NCBI GenBank assembly: GCA_910587865.1
Contig: CAJUNX010000001.1
Span: 81,398-145,397 of the forward strand
Source of the DNA: an uncultured Roseburia sp.
GTDB lineage: Bacteria; Bacillota; Clostridia; Lachnospirales; Lachnospiraceae
Length of the DNA stretch: 64,000 nt
Direction: 5' to 3'
This document shows, piece by piece, positions 28,141-38,019 of this stretch (position 1 is the first letter of the stretch; each line of letters begins with the position of its first letter). Both the position numbers and the translations under genes were made by a program. The notes under the pieces were generated by a model that ran no database searches, had not been told where the DNA came from, and saw only the letters and a list, made by a program, of their open reading frames with translations.

Positions 28141-29496
28141 ATGTCACTGATGATCAGAATTACGGATGTGCATGCGAGACAGATCCTGGATTCCAGAGGG
28201 AATCCGACCGTGGAGGTGGAGGTGACCGCGCAAACGGAAACCACAGGGAAAAAGACGGTGGGACGCGAATCGGTGCCGTCCGGGGCGAGCACCGGCAGAT
28301 TCGAGGCCGTGGAGCTGCGCGACGGAGAAAAAGAGTACGGTGGCCTTGGGGTCCGGACGGTGACGGATCATGTCAATACCAGGATCCGGGAGGCGATTCT
28401 TGGTATGAATGTGCTCGATCAGGCCGCAATCGACCGCCGGATGACGGAGCTTGACGGCACGGAGAATAAAAAACGGTTCGGTGCAAACGCCATTCTCGGT
28501 GTGTCGCTTGCATGTGCAAAGACGGCTGCCGCGGCGCTTGGCATTCCGCTCTGCCGCTATATCGGGGGAGCGGGCGCACTGCAGATGCCGGTGCCGATGA
28601 TGAATGTGATCAACGGCGGCGCGCACGCGAAAAACTCACTCGATTTTCAGGAATTTATGATCATGCCGGTCGGCGCAGCGTGTTTTAGCGATTCGCTGCG
28701 GATGGGCGCGGAGATTTACCAGTGTTTAAAGAGAATCTTAAAAGACGAAGAAATGACGACATCTGTAGGGGATGAGGGCGGTTTTGCGCCGGATTTTGAC
28801 AGCGTGAAGGATGTGTTCCGGATGCTGGGAAGAGCGGTGGAGCTGGCCGGATACCGGGTCGGCGAGGATGTGGTGTACGCGATGGACGCGGCCGCGAGCG
28901 AGCTGTATGACGAGACGCTCGGCGTTTACCGTTTTCCCGGAGAGCGGCAGCGGGAGAAGGAGACGGACGGCAGCGGCGTGATGCGCAGCACCGACGAGAT
29001 GATTGCGCTCTACGAGGAGCTTGCGGCGGAGTTTCCGCTCGTCTCCATTGAGGACGGGCTCTCCGAGGATGACTGGGACGGCTGGCAGAAGCTCACAAAG
29101 CGTCTGGGTGACCGGATACAGCTGGTCGGGGACGATCTGTTTGTCACAAATTCCAGGCGGATCCGGTGCGGAATCCGTCTTGACGTTGCGAATGCCGTGC
29201 TGGTGAAGGTGAATCAGATCGGAACCTTATCAGAGGCGCTTGAGGCGATCCGGCTGGCGCAGAACGCCGGTTACCGGACCGTGATCTCGCACCGCTCCGG
29301 TGAGACGGAGGATTCCTTTATCGCGGATCTTGCGGTCGCGGTGAACGCCGGACAGATCAAAACCGGCGCTCCCTGCCGCGCGGAGCGCACGGCAAAATAT
29401 AATCAGCTTCTGCGCATTGAGGAGAGGCTTGGCGCATGTGCGCAGTTTGCCGGCAGATCGGCGGTGGTTAAAGAGAGAAAAGAGCTTTCCTCTTAA
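28141..29496 (+). CDS. eno: Enolase
   Basis: [41 protein letters not shown] and QIKTG. Confidence 0.96.
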   Translation: MSLMIRITDVHARQILDSRGNPTVEVEVTAQTETTGKKTVGRESVPSGASTGRFEAVELRDGEKEYGGLGVRTVTDHVNTRIREAILGMNVLDQAAIDRRMTELDGTENKKRFGANAILGVSLACAKTAAAALGIPLCRYIGGAGALQMPVPMMNVINGGAHAKNSLDFQEFMIMPVGAACFSDSLRMGAEIYQCLKRILKDEEMTTSVGDEGGFAPDFDSVKDVFRMLGRAVELAGYRVGEDVVYAMDAAASELYDETLGVYRFPGERQREKETDGSGVMRSTDEMIALYEELAAEFPLVSIEDGLSEDDWDGWQKLTKRLGDRIQLVGDDLFVTNSRRIRCGIRLDVANAVLVKVNQIGTLSEALEAIRLAQNAGYRTVISHRSGETEDSFIADLAVAVNAGQIKTGAPCRAERTAKYNQLLRIEERLGACAQFAGRSAVVKERKELSS

Positions 29497-29572
29497 AAAA
29501 CAGTTGAAATTGAGAACGATCTGTGCTACAATAGCCAAAGCTATGAGTCAGGAATTGCAGGAGGGAATAGTT

Positions 29573-29812
29573 TTGGAGATTTTAAAGACGATCTTAACCG
29601 TTATTTTTATACTCGTCAGTCTGGCACTGACCGTTATCATTCTGATGCAGGAGGGAAAGTCTGCGGGGCTTGGTGCGATCGCAGGCGCAGCGGATACCTA
29701 CTGGGGCAGGAATAAAGGCCGCTCCATGGAAGGGATGCTTGTGAAGGGGACGAGGATTCTTGTGATCCTGTTTCTTCTTCTCGCGGTTGTACTGAATATC
29801 GGAATTTTCTGA
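29573..29812 (+). CDS. secG: Preprotein translocase subunit SecG
   Basis: IILMQEGKSAGLGAIAG between two TMs; eno-secG-rnr-smpB synteny; TTG start. Confidence 0.9.
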   Translation: MEILKTILTVIFILVSLALTVIILMQEGKSAGLGAIAGAADTYWGRNKGRSMEGMLVKGTRILVILFLLLAVVLNIGIF

Positions 29813-29840
29813 TAGGTGGTAGATAACAGGTGGATTGTAC

Positions 29841-29868
29841 AGGCTGTCGCGGTTGCGGCAGCCTTTTT
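29841..29868 (+). terminator. Intrinsic terminator after secG
   Basis: AGGCTGTCGC-ggtt-GCGGCAGCCT followed by a T-tract. Confidence 0.7.
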
Positions 29869-30050
29869 CCGTATGAGGGAACGCCGCGTAAAATGTCTGC
29901 GCGGATGACCGGGATGCAATTGTTCTGAACGGAGGGGGATCGTGTGAAACATCAGCCCGATCGCTGATGTTTCACACGGCTGTTTGTGCCGGAGCGTCGC
30001 AAATCAGCCGTGCCGGACCCGCCGCAAAACGCTCCGGAATGGAGATTACT

Positions 30051-32204
30051 ATGGAGAATACATTTCAGGAGAGGAAAGAAACCGTTTACCGGCTGCTCTG
30101 TGACGACCTCTACGTGCCGATGAAGGCAAAAGAGATCGCGATGCTGCTTGATGTGCAGAAGCCGGACCGGGAAGCATTAAAAGAAGTGCTCGACGCGCTT
30201 GTCGCGGAGGGAAAGGCGGAGGTGACGGCCCGCGGAAAGTATATCAGGACGGAGGGAAAGCTGTTAACCGGAGTCTTTCGCGCGCATCCGAGGGGATTCG
30301 GCTTTGTCACCGCAGATGGGGAGGAGACGGATATCTTTATCCCGGAGACGCAGGTAAACGGTGCGTTTCATATGGATACGGTACAGATCGCGCTGACTGC
30401 CGGGACGGTGCGCGGCAGACGCCGCGAAGGAAAGGTCACAAAGATTCTGGCGAGGGGGATGACGCACGCCGTGTGCACCTATGAGGCCGGCAAAGGCGCG
30501 CAGGGGGAGCGTTCTTATGGATTTGCGGTGCCGGACAATCAGAAATTCGGCAGGGATATTTTTATCCCTGCGGAGTGCTCGATGGGCGCGGTGACCGGTC
30601 ATAAAGTGGTCGTGGAGATCACGAACTACGGCGAGGAGGGAAAAAACCCGGCGGGGAAGGTGACGGAGATCCTCGGACACAGCAACGATCCCGGCTGTGA
30701 TATCCTCTCCATCGTAAGGGGATTTGATCTGCCCGTGGAATTTCCGGAGCGGATGCTGCATCAGGCGGCGCGCGCCGCAAAGCCGGTCAGCCCGGCGGAT
30801 ATGGAAGGCCGTACGGATCTCAGAGATCTTCTGACCGTCACGATTGACGGGGAGGACGCAAAAGATCTGGACGATGCGGTCACGCTGACGAGAGAAGGGG
30901 AGCTCTGGCGGCTCGGCGTGCATATTGCGGACGTATCCAATTATGTGCAGGAGAACAGCGCGCTTGACGTGGAGGCGTTAAAGCGGGGGAATTCCGTGTA
31001 TCTTGTGGACCGGGTGATTCCGATGCTGCCCCATGCGCTCTCGAACGGGATCTGCTCGCTGAATGAAGGGGAGGACCGGCTGGCGTTAAGCTGCATTATG
31101 ACGATCGACGCAAAGGGGAACGTGACGGATCATGTGATTGCGGAGACCGTGATCCGTGTGAACCGCCGCATGAGCTACACCGGCGTCGCGAAGATCCTCG
31201 ACGACCCGAAGGCGGCGGAAAAAGGGGAGTACGGCGAGCTGGTCCCCATGATTGCGGGGATGGGGGAGCTCGCTGCAGTTTTAAGGAAAAAACGGATGCG
31301 GCGCGGTTCCATCGATTTTGATTTCCCGGAGACGAAGATCCTGCTTGATCCGCAGGGAAAACCGACAGAGATCAGGCCCTATGACCGGAATGCCGCGACG
31401 AAGATGATCGAGGATTTCATGCTGGCTGCAAACGAGACGGTGGCGCAGGATTATTTCTGGCAGGATCTCCCGTTTTTGTACCGGACGCACGACAACCCGG
31501 ATCCGGAGAAGATCCGCACACTGTCTGCATTCATCCATAATTTCGGGTATTCGATCCGGATCGGGCAGGACGAACTTCACCCGAAGGAGCTCCAGAAGCT
31601 GCTCGGCTCCATCGAGGGGACGCCGGAGGAACTTCTGATCAGCCGGCTGGCACTGCGCTCGATGAAACAGGCGCGCTACAGCGCCACGGCCGACGGTCAT
31701 TTCGGGCTTGCAGCGGCGCATTACTGCCATTTCACCTCGCCGATCCGGCGCTATCCGGACCTGCAGATCCACCGTATCATCAAGGATACGCTGCGCGGGA
31801 GGATGAATGAGGAGCGGATCACCCACTATGAAAAACGCCTGCCCGAGGTGGCAAAACAGACGAGTCAGACGGAGCGGACTGCCGCTGAGGCGGAACGGGA
31901 GACGGAGCGGATGAAAAAGGCGGAGTACATGGAGGAGCGGATCGGGGAGCGGTATGAGGGCGTGATTTCCGGTGTGACGGAGTGGGGATTTTTTGTGGAG
32001 CTTGCCAATACGGTTGAGGGAATGGTGCATGTGACGTCGCTGGAGGGGGACTATTATGTGTTTCATGCGGACCGCTATGAACTGGCGGGGGAGACGACCG
32101 GGATCAGCTATAAGCTGGGACAAAAAGTGCAGGTGGAAGTCGTGCGGGCGGACAGGCAGATGCGCACGATCGAATTTAATGTGGTAAATGACGGAACTTT
32201 TTGA
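30051..32204 (+). CDS. rnr: Ribonuclease R
   Basis: TIDGEDAKDLDDA, HIADVS, IEDFMLAANE, HFTSPIRRYPDL and a C-terminal S1 domain. Confidence 0.95.
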   Translation: MENTFQERKETVYRLLCDDLYVPMKAKEIAMLLDVQKPDREALKEVLDALVAEGKAEVTARGKYIRTEGKLLTGVFRAHPRGFGFVTADGEETDIFIPETQVNGAFHMDTVQIALTAGTVRGRRREGKVTKILARGMTHAVCTYEAGKGAQGERSYGFAVPDNQKFGRDIFIPAECSMGAVTGHKVVVEITNYGEEGKNPAGKVTEILGHSNDPGCDILSIVRGFDLPVEFPERMLHQAARAAKPVSPADMEGRTDLRDLLTVTIDGEDAKDLDDAVTLTREGELWRLGVHIADVSNYVQENSALDVEALKRGNSVYLVDRVIPMLPHALSNGICSLNEGEDRLALSCIMTIDAKGNVTDHVIAETVIRVNRRMSYTGVAKILDDPKAAEKGEYGELVPMIAGMGELAAVLRKKRMRRGSIDFDFPETKILLDPQGKPTEIRPYDRNAATKMIEDFMLAANETVAQDYFWQDLPFLYRTHDNPDPEKIRTLSAFIHNFGYSIRIGQDELHPKELQKLLGSIEGTPEELLISRLALRSMKQARYSATADGHFGLAAAHYCHFTSPIRRYPDLQIHRIIKDTLRGRMNEERITHYEKRLPEVAKQTSQTERTAAEAERETERMKKAEYMEERIGERYEGVISGVTEWGFFVELANTVEGMVHVTSLEGDYYVFHADRYELAGETTGISYKLGQKVQVEVVRADRQMRTIEFNVVNDGTF

Positions 32205-32318
32205 AATTTTTATAAAAAACAGAGAAGCTTCTTGCGGAATCAGCGGATTTGAGGTATACTAAGGTGTACGGAGCCGGGATGATGCGGGGAGCTTTTGGAA
32301 GGGGAGAGGGAGAGTCAG

Positions 32319-32786
32319 GTGGCGAAGACGGAGAAAAAACTGATCGCGAATAATAAAAAAGCCTGGCATGACTATTTTCTTGAGGAGCGTTTCGAGGCCG
32401 GGATCGAGCTGCACGGGACGGAGGTAAAGTCCCTGCGCATGGGCAAATGCAGTATCAAAGAGGCGTTTGTCCGGGTCGAGAACGGCGAGGTGATCGTCTA
32501 TGGCATGCACATCAGCCCTTATGAGAAGGGCAATATCTTCAACAAAGACCCGCTTCGGCCCAAAAAGCTGCTGCTTCATAAGTCGGAGATCCGCAGGCTT
32601 GCGGGGAAGCTGACGGAACAGGGATATACGCTGGTTCCGGTGGAGGTATATCTGAAGGGGAGTCTTGTGAAGGTGGAGATTGCGCTCGCGAAGGGCAAGA
32701 AGCTCTATGACAAGCGTCAGGATATCGCGAAGAAGGATATGCGGCGTGAGGCGGAGCGTGATTTTAAGGTAAAGAACCTGTATTGA
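32319..32786 (+). CDS. smpB: SsrA-binding protein
   Basis: [30 protein letters not shown] and KGKKLYDKR. Confidence 0.97.
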   Translation: MAKTEKKLIANNKKAWHDYFLEERFEAGIELHGTEVKSLRMGKCSIKEAFVRVENGEVIVYGMHISPYEKGNIFNKDPLRPKKLLLHKSEIRRLAGKLTEQGYTLVPVEVYLKGSLVKVEIALAKGKKLYDKRQDIAKKDMRREAERDFKVKNLY

Positions 32787-32798
32787 CAGGGAGAATAT

Positions 32799-33155
32799 GG
32801 GCTTGTAATGGTTTCGACAGGGATCATGAAGTCGGAGAAGCGTGCCGCACGGGATGCGTCAAATTCCAAACCTAAAATTAAACGCTGAAGATAATTTAGC
32901 ATACGCAGCCTAGCTGCGTGACGCAGTCTTAAGACTGCCTGTCTGATCCGGAGCACCTGCACTCCGGAACCCAGGCATCGACGAATGCAGGAAACGACAC
33001 CGGTTAAGCTTTGCGCCGGTGGGCGTACGATGAAGCTACTGAAGCCGGAACTGTGCTTGTGGAGGTCCGGCGGAGGGAATGTCAAAGCATAAGCTAAGCA
33101 CGTAGAAGTACGGCAGAGTGGTTTTTGGACACGGGTTCGATTCCCGTCAGGTCCA
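32799..33155 (+). ncRNA. ssrA: tmRNA
   Basis: Acceptor stem GGGCTTG/CAGGTCC with G3.U70, T-arm ACGGG-TTCGATT-CCCGT, tag ORF (A)AEDNLAYAA* at 32884-32913; directly after smpB. Confidence 0.95.
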
Positions 33156-33287
33156 TTCGACAGAGACGGGGGTGTTACATGGAGTCATGTGGCAGCCCCG
33201 GTTTTTCCCTTCGGAGAGGATTTCTTCCGGGAAGAGACAGAAAGAAGCCGCAGGGTTTTTTAAGAAAGAAAAGAGGGATGGGAGAAG

Positions 33288-33896
33288 ATGGCGGAGACGG
33301 ATCGGACACAGGAGATTCAGCCGCAGGCGGATCAGATGGTGGTAAGTGGATTTCTGTTTACAAATGAGGAAGAGGCGAAGCAGGCGCAGAAGGAAGCGGA
33401 AGGTATCGTTTATATCCGGCAGAAGGTGGATATGGACGAGCCGCTGATGGTGCTGCAGGTGTACAATCAGATGGTAGATCAGAAGCTTTTTGAGACGGAG
33501 GTGGGACACAGCTACCTGAAAGAACTTTGGGATTATCTGAATTCGATCCCGTTTGTGCGCAAGGAGGAGATCAGACCGATTCCGACGGATCATCCGATCC
33601 TTGAGGCCAGTCTCAGACAGAATGCCAGGCGGATCTACGGGCGGCAGCAGTCAAAGCAGAAGAAGCAGGAAGTGAACGTGGATTATAAGGTCTGGTTCCG
33701 CGTCATGCTTGCGGTCTGCATTGTGCTCGTAATCGGCATGGGGGCGATGTTTGCGATCACGGCGACATCGGGAACGGCGACGGTCTTAAATTATGAGCAG
33801 AAGCTGATCGACCGCTATGAGGGCTGGGAACAGGAGCTGAATGAGCGGGAGGCTGCGGTGAAAGAGCGCGAGGAGGAGCTTGGAATCCGCGAGTAA
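33288..33896 (+). CDS. Hypothetical single-TM protein with C-terminal coiled coil
   Basis: Clean 202-aa ORF; TM VMLAVCIVLVIGMGAMFAI. Confidence 0.75.
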   Translation: MAETDRTQEIQPQADQMVVSGFLFTNEEEAKQAQKEAEGIVYIRQKVDMDEPLMVLQVYNQMVDQKLFETEVGHSYLKELWDYLNSIPFVRKEEIRPIPTDHPILEASLRQNARRIYGRQQSKQKKQEVNVDYKVWFRVMLAVCIVLVIGMGAMFAITATSGTATVLNYEQKLIDRYEGWEQELNEREAAVKEREEELGIRE

Positions 33897-33930
33897 GCGG
33901 CGGGGCATGAAGGGAAAGGAATAGAAATTC

Positions 33931-34617
33931 ATGGATCGAATCAGGATTCTTGTGGTCGATGATGAGAGCCGGATGCGCAAGCTGGTACGGGATTTTCTGA
34001 CGCGTCAGGATTATGAGGTGCTTGAGGCGGCCGACGGCGGTGAGGCGCTTGAGATTTTTTACAGGGAAAAGGATATCGCACTGCTGATACTGGATGTCAT
34101 GATGCCGGTGAAAAACGGTTTTGAGGTCTGTCGGGAGATCCGCGAAATCTCGGATGTGCCGATTATCATGCTGACGGCGAAGGGAGAGGAGCACGACGAG
34201 CTAAGCGGCTATGAGCTGGGGGCGGATGAGTATATCGCAAAGCCGTTTTCCCCGAAGATTCTTGTCGCGCGGGTCGGCGCCGTGCTGCGGCGCAGCAATA
34301 AGCTGACAGGGGAGGACGGGCCGCTTTCACGGGGCGGGATTGTGCTCGATAAGGTGGCGCATCTGGTGACCGTGGACGGGGTGCGCGTTGACTTAAGCTT
34401 CAAGGAATTTGAGCTGATGGCGTATTTTCTCGAAAACGAAGGGATTGCGCTCTCGAGAGATAAAATTTTAAACAATGTCTGGAATTACGACTATTTCGGC
34501 GATGCGCGCACGGTTGATACCCACGTGAAAAAGCTTCGATCAAAGATCGGGGCGAAGGGAGAATATATCCGGACTATCTGGGGAATGGGCTACAAATTCG
34601 AGGTGACGGATGGGTGA
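33931..34617 (+). CDS. OmpR-family response regulator
   Basis: LVVDDE, LDVMMP, KPFS and winged helix RTVDTHVKKLRSK..IWGMGYKF. Confidence 0.95.
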   Translation: MDRIRILVVDDESRMRKLVRDFLTRQDYEVLEAADGGEALEIFYREKDIALLILDVMMPVKNGFEVCREIREISDVPIIMLTAKGEEHDELSGYELGADEYIAKPFSPKILVARVGAVLRRSNKLTGEDGPLSRGGIVLDKVAHLVTVDGVRVDLSFKEFELMAYFLENEGIALSRDKILNNVWNYDYFGDARTVDTHVKKLRSKIGAKGEYIRTIWGMGYKFEVTDG

Positions 34618-36169
34618 GAGACAGGTGACGGACGGCGGCGGACGACGCGCACTGCGGTTTGCTCCGATGCTGCAGAACGCACGGCGCGGCTCCCTGACGC
34701 GGGAAATTGCCGTGATCGCGATCGGGCTGGTGGCGGGCACCGTGATGCTCTGCTGGTTTTTAAATACCGTGTTTCTGGAGCGGTATTATGTCAGAAACAA
34801 ACAGAGTGTTCTGCTGTCCGGCTTCCGGATGATTGATGATGCGAGCGTTTCCGGGCGGCTGTATGAGGAAGAGTTTGACGTGGCGTTCGACAATTTATGC
34901 GCAAACGGAAATATCACCGTGATGATCATCAGCTCGGACCGCGCGATTGTCCGGTCTTCGGTAAATGATACCCAGCAGATGCTGATCGAATTTCTGGATA
35001 TTATTTTCGGGGAGAGGGAGAACGAGGTGACCGTGCTCTTACAGGAGGAAAACTGCGTCATACAGCGTCAGACCGACCGGCGTCTGAATTCGGAATATCT
35101 GGTGCTCTACGGGACGCTCTCAAACGGCAATCTCATCCTGATGCGCTCCGCGCTTGAGAGCATCAGGGAAAGCGTGAAGACTTCCAATGAATTCCTGATC
35201 TATATCGGGATCTTCGCGATCGCGGCCGGCGCGGTGGTGGCAGTGCTCGTGGCGAGGAGGGTGACGACTCCGGTGTTAAAGCTGACGGATATTTCCAGGC
35301 GGATGACGGAGCTGGATTTCGAGGCAAAGTATACGCCGGCGGGCAGAAAGAGAAACGAGATAGACGAGCTCGGCGCACACATGAATGAAATGTCGCATAC
35401 GCTGGAACAGGTGATCGCGGATTTAAAAAGCGCGAACAACCGGCTGCTGCGCGACATTGAGAAAAAGACGCAGATCGATCAGATGCGCCGGGAATTTCTG
35501 TCAAATGTTTCCCACGAGCTCAAAACGCCGATCGCCCTGATTCAGGGATATGCGGAAGGGCTGATCGAAGGGGTCAGCGAGGACGAGGAGAGCCGCAGCT
35601 TTTACTGCGGGGTGATCGCGGACGAGGCGGAGAAGATGAATCTGATCGTAAAAAAGCTTCTGACGTTAAGTCAGCTGGAATCCGGCGGCGAGACGGTGAT
35701 GATGGAGCGGTTTGACGTGACGGAACTGATTGCGGGTCTGCTTCACTCTGCGGAGATCCTGATGGAGCAGAACGGGATTACGGTCACACAATACCCGCAG
35801 CAGCCGGCCTATGTGTGGGCCGACGAGTTTATGGTGGAGGAGGCGGTCGGGAATTATCTGAGCAATGCCATCCACTATGCAAAAGGGAAAAAGGAGATCG
35901 CCGTGCGCTATGAGACGCATCCCGGTGTCCTGCGTGTCTGCGTCTATAATTCCGGGGATCCGATTCCGGAGGATGAGCTTGGAAAAATATGGAATAAATT
36001 CTATAAAGTGGATAAAGCGCGCACCAGGGAATACGGCGGAAGCGGGATCGGTCTGTCGATTGTAAAGGCTGTCATGGAGGCGTTTCACCGGGAATGCGGC
36101 GTAATCAATAAAAAAGACGGAGTGGAGTTCTGGTTTGAGCTGGATACAGAGAGCCGGATTACAGAATAA
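34610..36169 (+). CDS. HAMP-domain sensor histidine kinase
   Basis: Two TMs, HAMP, NVSHELKTP, NYLSNAI, FYKVDKAR and GGSGIGL. Confidence 0.95.
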   Translation: MGERQVTDGGGRRALRFAPMLQNARRGSLTREIAVIAIGLVAGTVMLCWFLNTVFLERYYVRNKQSVLLSGFRMIDDASVSGRLYEEEFDVAFDNLCANGNITVMIISSDRAIVRSSVNDTQQMLIEFLDIIFGERENEVTVLLQEENCVIQRQTDRRLNSEYLVLYGTLSNGNLILMRSALESIRESVKTSNEFLIYIGIFAIAAGAVVAVLVARRVTTPVLKLTDISRRMTELDFEAKYTPAGRKRNEIDELGAHMNEMSHTLEQVIADLKSANNRLLRDIEKKTQIDQMRREFLSNVSHELKTPIALIQGYAEGLIEGVSEDEESRSFYCGVIADEAEKMNLIVKKLLTLSQLESGGETVMMERFDVTELIAGLLHSAEILMEQNGITVTQYPQQPAYVWADEFMVEEAVGNYLSNAIHYAKGKKEIAVRYETHPGVLRVCVYNSGDPIPEDELGKIWNKFYKVDKARTREYGGSGIGLSIVKAVMEAFHRECGVINKKDGVEFWFELDTESRITE

Positions 36170-36245
36170 ATATATTTTCCTGTTGCCTTATTTTCACAGA
36201 AATGCTAACATAAATATAGCTTAGAACAAAGTTGTGAGGATGCGT

Positions 36246-36980
36246 ATGAAAAGAAAGATACTGATGACAGCCGCAGTGCTGGCGGTGATGCTGCTGCCCG
36301 CAGGATGCGGGCCGAAGGCTTACGAGCTTACGGAGAAGGAAGAGAGCCTGATTGTTAATTACTCGGCGCATGTAGTTGCAAAGTACAACCGATTTCAGAC
36401 AGAGGGGCTGAAGTATGTGAATCCGGATGCGGAGGAGCCTGTATCCACAGAGGAGAGCATTCCGGAAACGCCCGAGCCGACCGAAGAGCCGGAGGAGACC
36501 GGGAGCGGTGCGCCTGCGGAAACTTTGGACGGAGAGGACGCTGCACCTGAGACGGATGAGGCTCCCGCGATGCAGACGGCAACGCTTGATCAGCTGTTCG
36601 GATCCGGGATATTTCATATTACATATGAAGGAGCGCATCTTGCGGACAGCTATGTGGAGAGTACATATTTTGCGATGTATCCGGATCCGGGATATCAGTA
36701 TCTGATTCTGGATTTTACGGTTGCGAATGGAGGGGACGTGTCTGCGGAGGCGGATTTCCTGTCGTCGGAAACGGTCTTTCATGCGACAGTGAACGGGGAG
36801 TATACCGCGGTATCGGCGCCCACGATGCTGACGGAGGATTTTACCTGTTTTCGGGCGACGCTCGGAGCGGGGGAGTCCGGTAAATCCGTTCTGATTTTCC
36901 AGGTGCCTGTTTCACTGACAGAGGTGAATGAGCTGGAGCTTGTAGTGAATACCGGAGAGGACTATCAGGTCATTTTGTAA
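36246..36980 (+). CDS. Hypothetical lipoprotein
   Basis: Signal peptide ending LPAGC, acidic E/P/T linker, beta-rich C-terminus. Confidence 0.75.
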   Translation: MKRKILMTAAVLAVMLLPAGCGPKAYELTEKEESLIVNYSAHVVAKYNRFQTEGLKYVNPDAEEPVSTEESIPETPEPTEEPEETGSGAPAETLDGEDAAPETDEAPAMQTATLDQLFGSGIFHITYEGAHLADSYVESTYFAMYPDPGYQYLILDFTVANGGDVSAEADFLSSETVFHATVNGEYTAVSAPTMLTEDFTCFRATLGAGESGKSVLIFQVPVSLTEVNELELVVNTGEDYQVIL

Positions 36981-37043
36981 CGGGACGAAAAATAATGCAT
37001 TTCCGATATGATTATGTTATAATGATACGCAGGAGGAGAGATC

Positions 37044-37952
37044 ATGGATACAAATATTCTTTTGGAGTCAGGTACGAATGAACTGGAGGTGTTAGAGTTT
37101 ACTCTGGGGAAGAGTCACTACGGGATTAACGTCGCGAAGATCAAGGAGATTTTAAGCTATCAGCCCATCACGCCGGTGCCGAATTCGCACCCGAGCATTG
37201 AAGGAATTTTTATGCCGCGCGATGTGATGATTACGGTGGTGGATTTAAAGCACTGCCTGGGTGTGATGGATGACGTCCGGGAGGGCGGCCTGTTTATTAT
37301 CACGAATTTCAACAAACTCAATATCGCGTTCCATGTGGACGGGGTACTCGGGATTCACAGGGTATCGTGGGAGTCCATCATCATGCCGGATTCCACGATC
37401 AATACGGAGGATAACAGCGCATCCACCGGTATTATCAAGATGGATGACAAACTGATTATCATTCTTGATTTTGAGAAGATTGTGTCCGATATCAGTCCGG
37501 AGACAGGGCTTAAGATATCGGATGTGGAGAATATGACGGAGCGCGAGAGGTGCGACTCGCCGATTCTGGTTGCGGAGGACTCGCCGCTTCTTAGCAGACT
37601 GATTACCGACTGCCTGAAGAAGGCGGGATATACGAATCTGATTGTCACAGCGAACGGTCAGGAGGCATGGGATAAACTGTGTGCGTATGCGAGAGCCGGC
37701 AATGTTAAGGATAAGGTGCACTGCATTATCACGGATATTGAGATGCCTCTGATGGACGGACACCGGCTCACGAAGCTGGTAAAGAGTGATGATGATATGA
37801 AGAGCATTCCGCTGATCATCTTCTCATCGCTGGTCAACGAAGAGATGCGGGTGAAAGGCGCGAAGCTTGGGGCGGATGCCCAGCTGACCAAGCCGGAGAT
37901 CGGTAATCTTGTCGCTGCGATCGATGACCTGATTGACAAGAGTATGGATTAA
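37044..37952 (+). CDS. cheV: Chemotaxis protein CheV (CheW plus receiver)
   Basis: LLESGTNELE, YGINVAKIKEI, LVAEDS and ITDIEMPLMDG. Confidence 0.95.
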   Translation: MDTNILLESGTNELEVLEFTLGKSHYGINVAKIKEILSYQPITPVPNSHPSIEGIFMPRDVMITVVDLKHCLGVMDDVREGGLFIITNFNKLNIAFHVDGVLGIHRVSWESIIMPDSTINTEDNSASTGIIKMDDKLIIILDFEKIVSDISPETGLKISDVENMTERERCDSPILVAEDSPLLSRLITDCLKKAGYTNLIVTANGQEAWDKLCAYARAGNVKDKVHCIITDIEMPLMDGHRLTKLVKSDDDMKSIPLIIFSSLVNEEMRVKGAKLGADAQLTKPEIGNLVAAIDDLIDKSMD

Positions 37953-37961
37953 GCAGTAAGA

Positions 37962-37988
37962 GGGGATGTGATGAATCATCACATCCCC
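37962..37988. terminator. Perfect 13-bp inverted repeat after cheV (possible terminator or processing stem, no U-tract)
   Basis: GGGGATGTGATGA-a-TCATCACATCCCC. Confidence 0.55.
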
Positions 37989-38019
37989 GATTTGAGTCAG
38001 AGGGCGAAGGAGGTATAGG

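Noticed and set aside
32717..33367. Short ORFs overlapping the smpB downstream region
   Set aside because: They overlap the tmRNA gene and its terminator
33156..37000. Genomic island integrated at tmRNA
   Set aside because: No integrase, no att duplication and no visible composition shift; the genes look like core genome
36980..37010. Sigma-28 promoter for cheV (also GACGATAT at 41933 before the FliD-like gene)
   Set aside because: Only a -10-like CCGATAT/CGATAT is present, with no TAAA at the proper spacing
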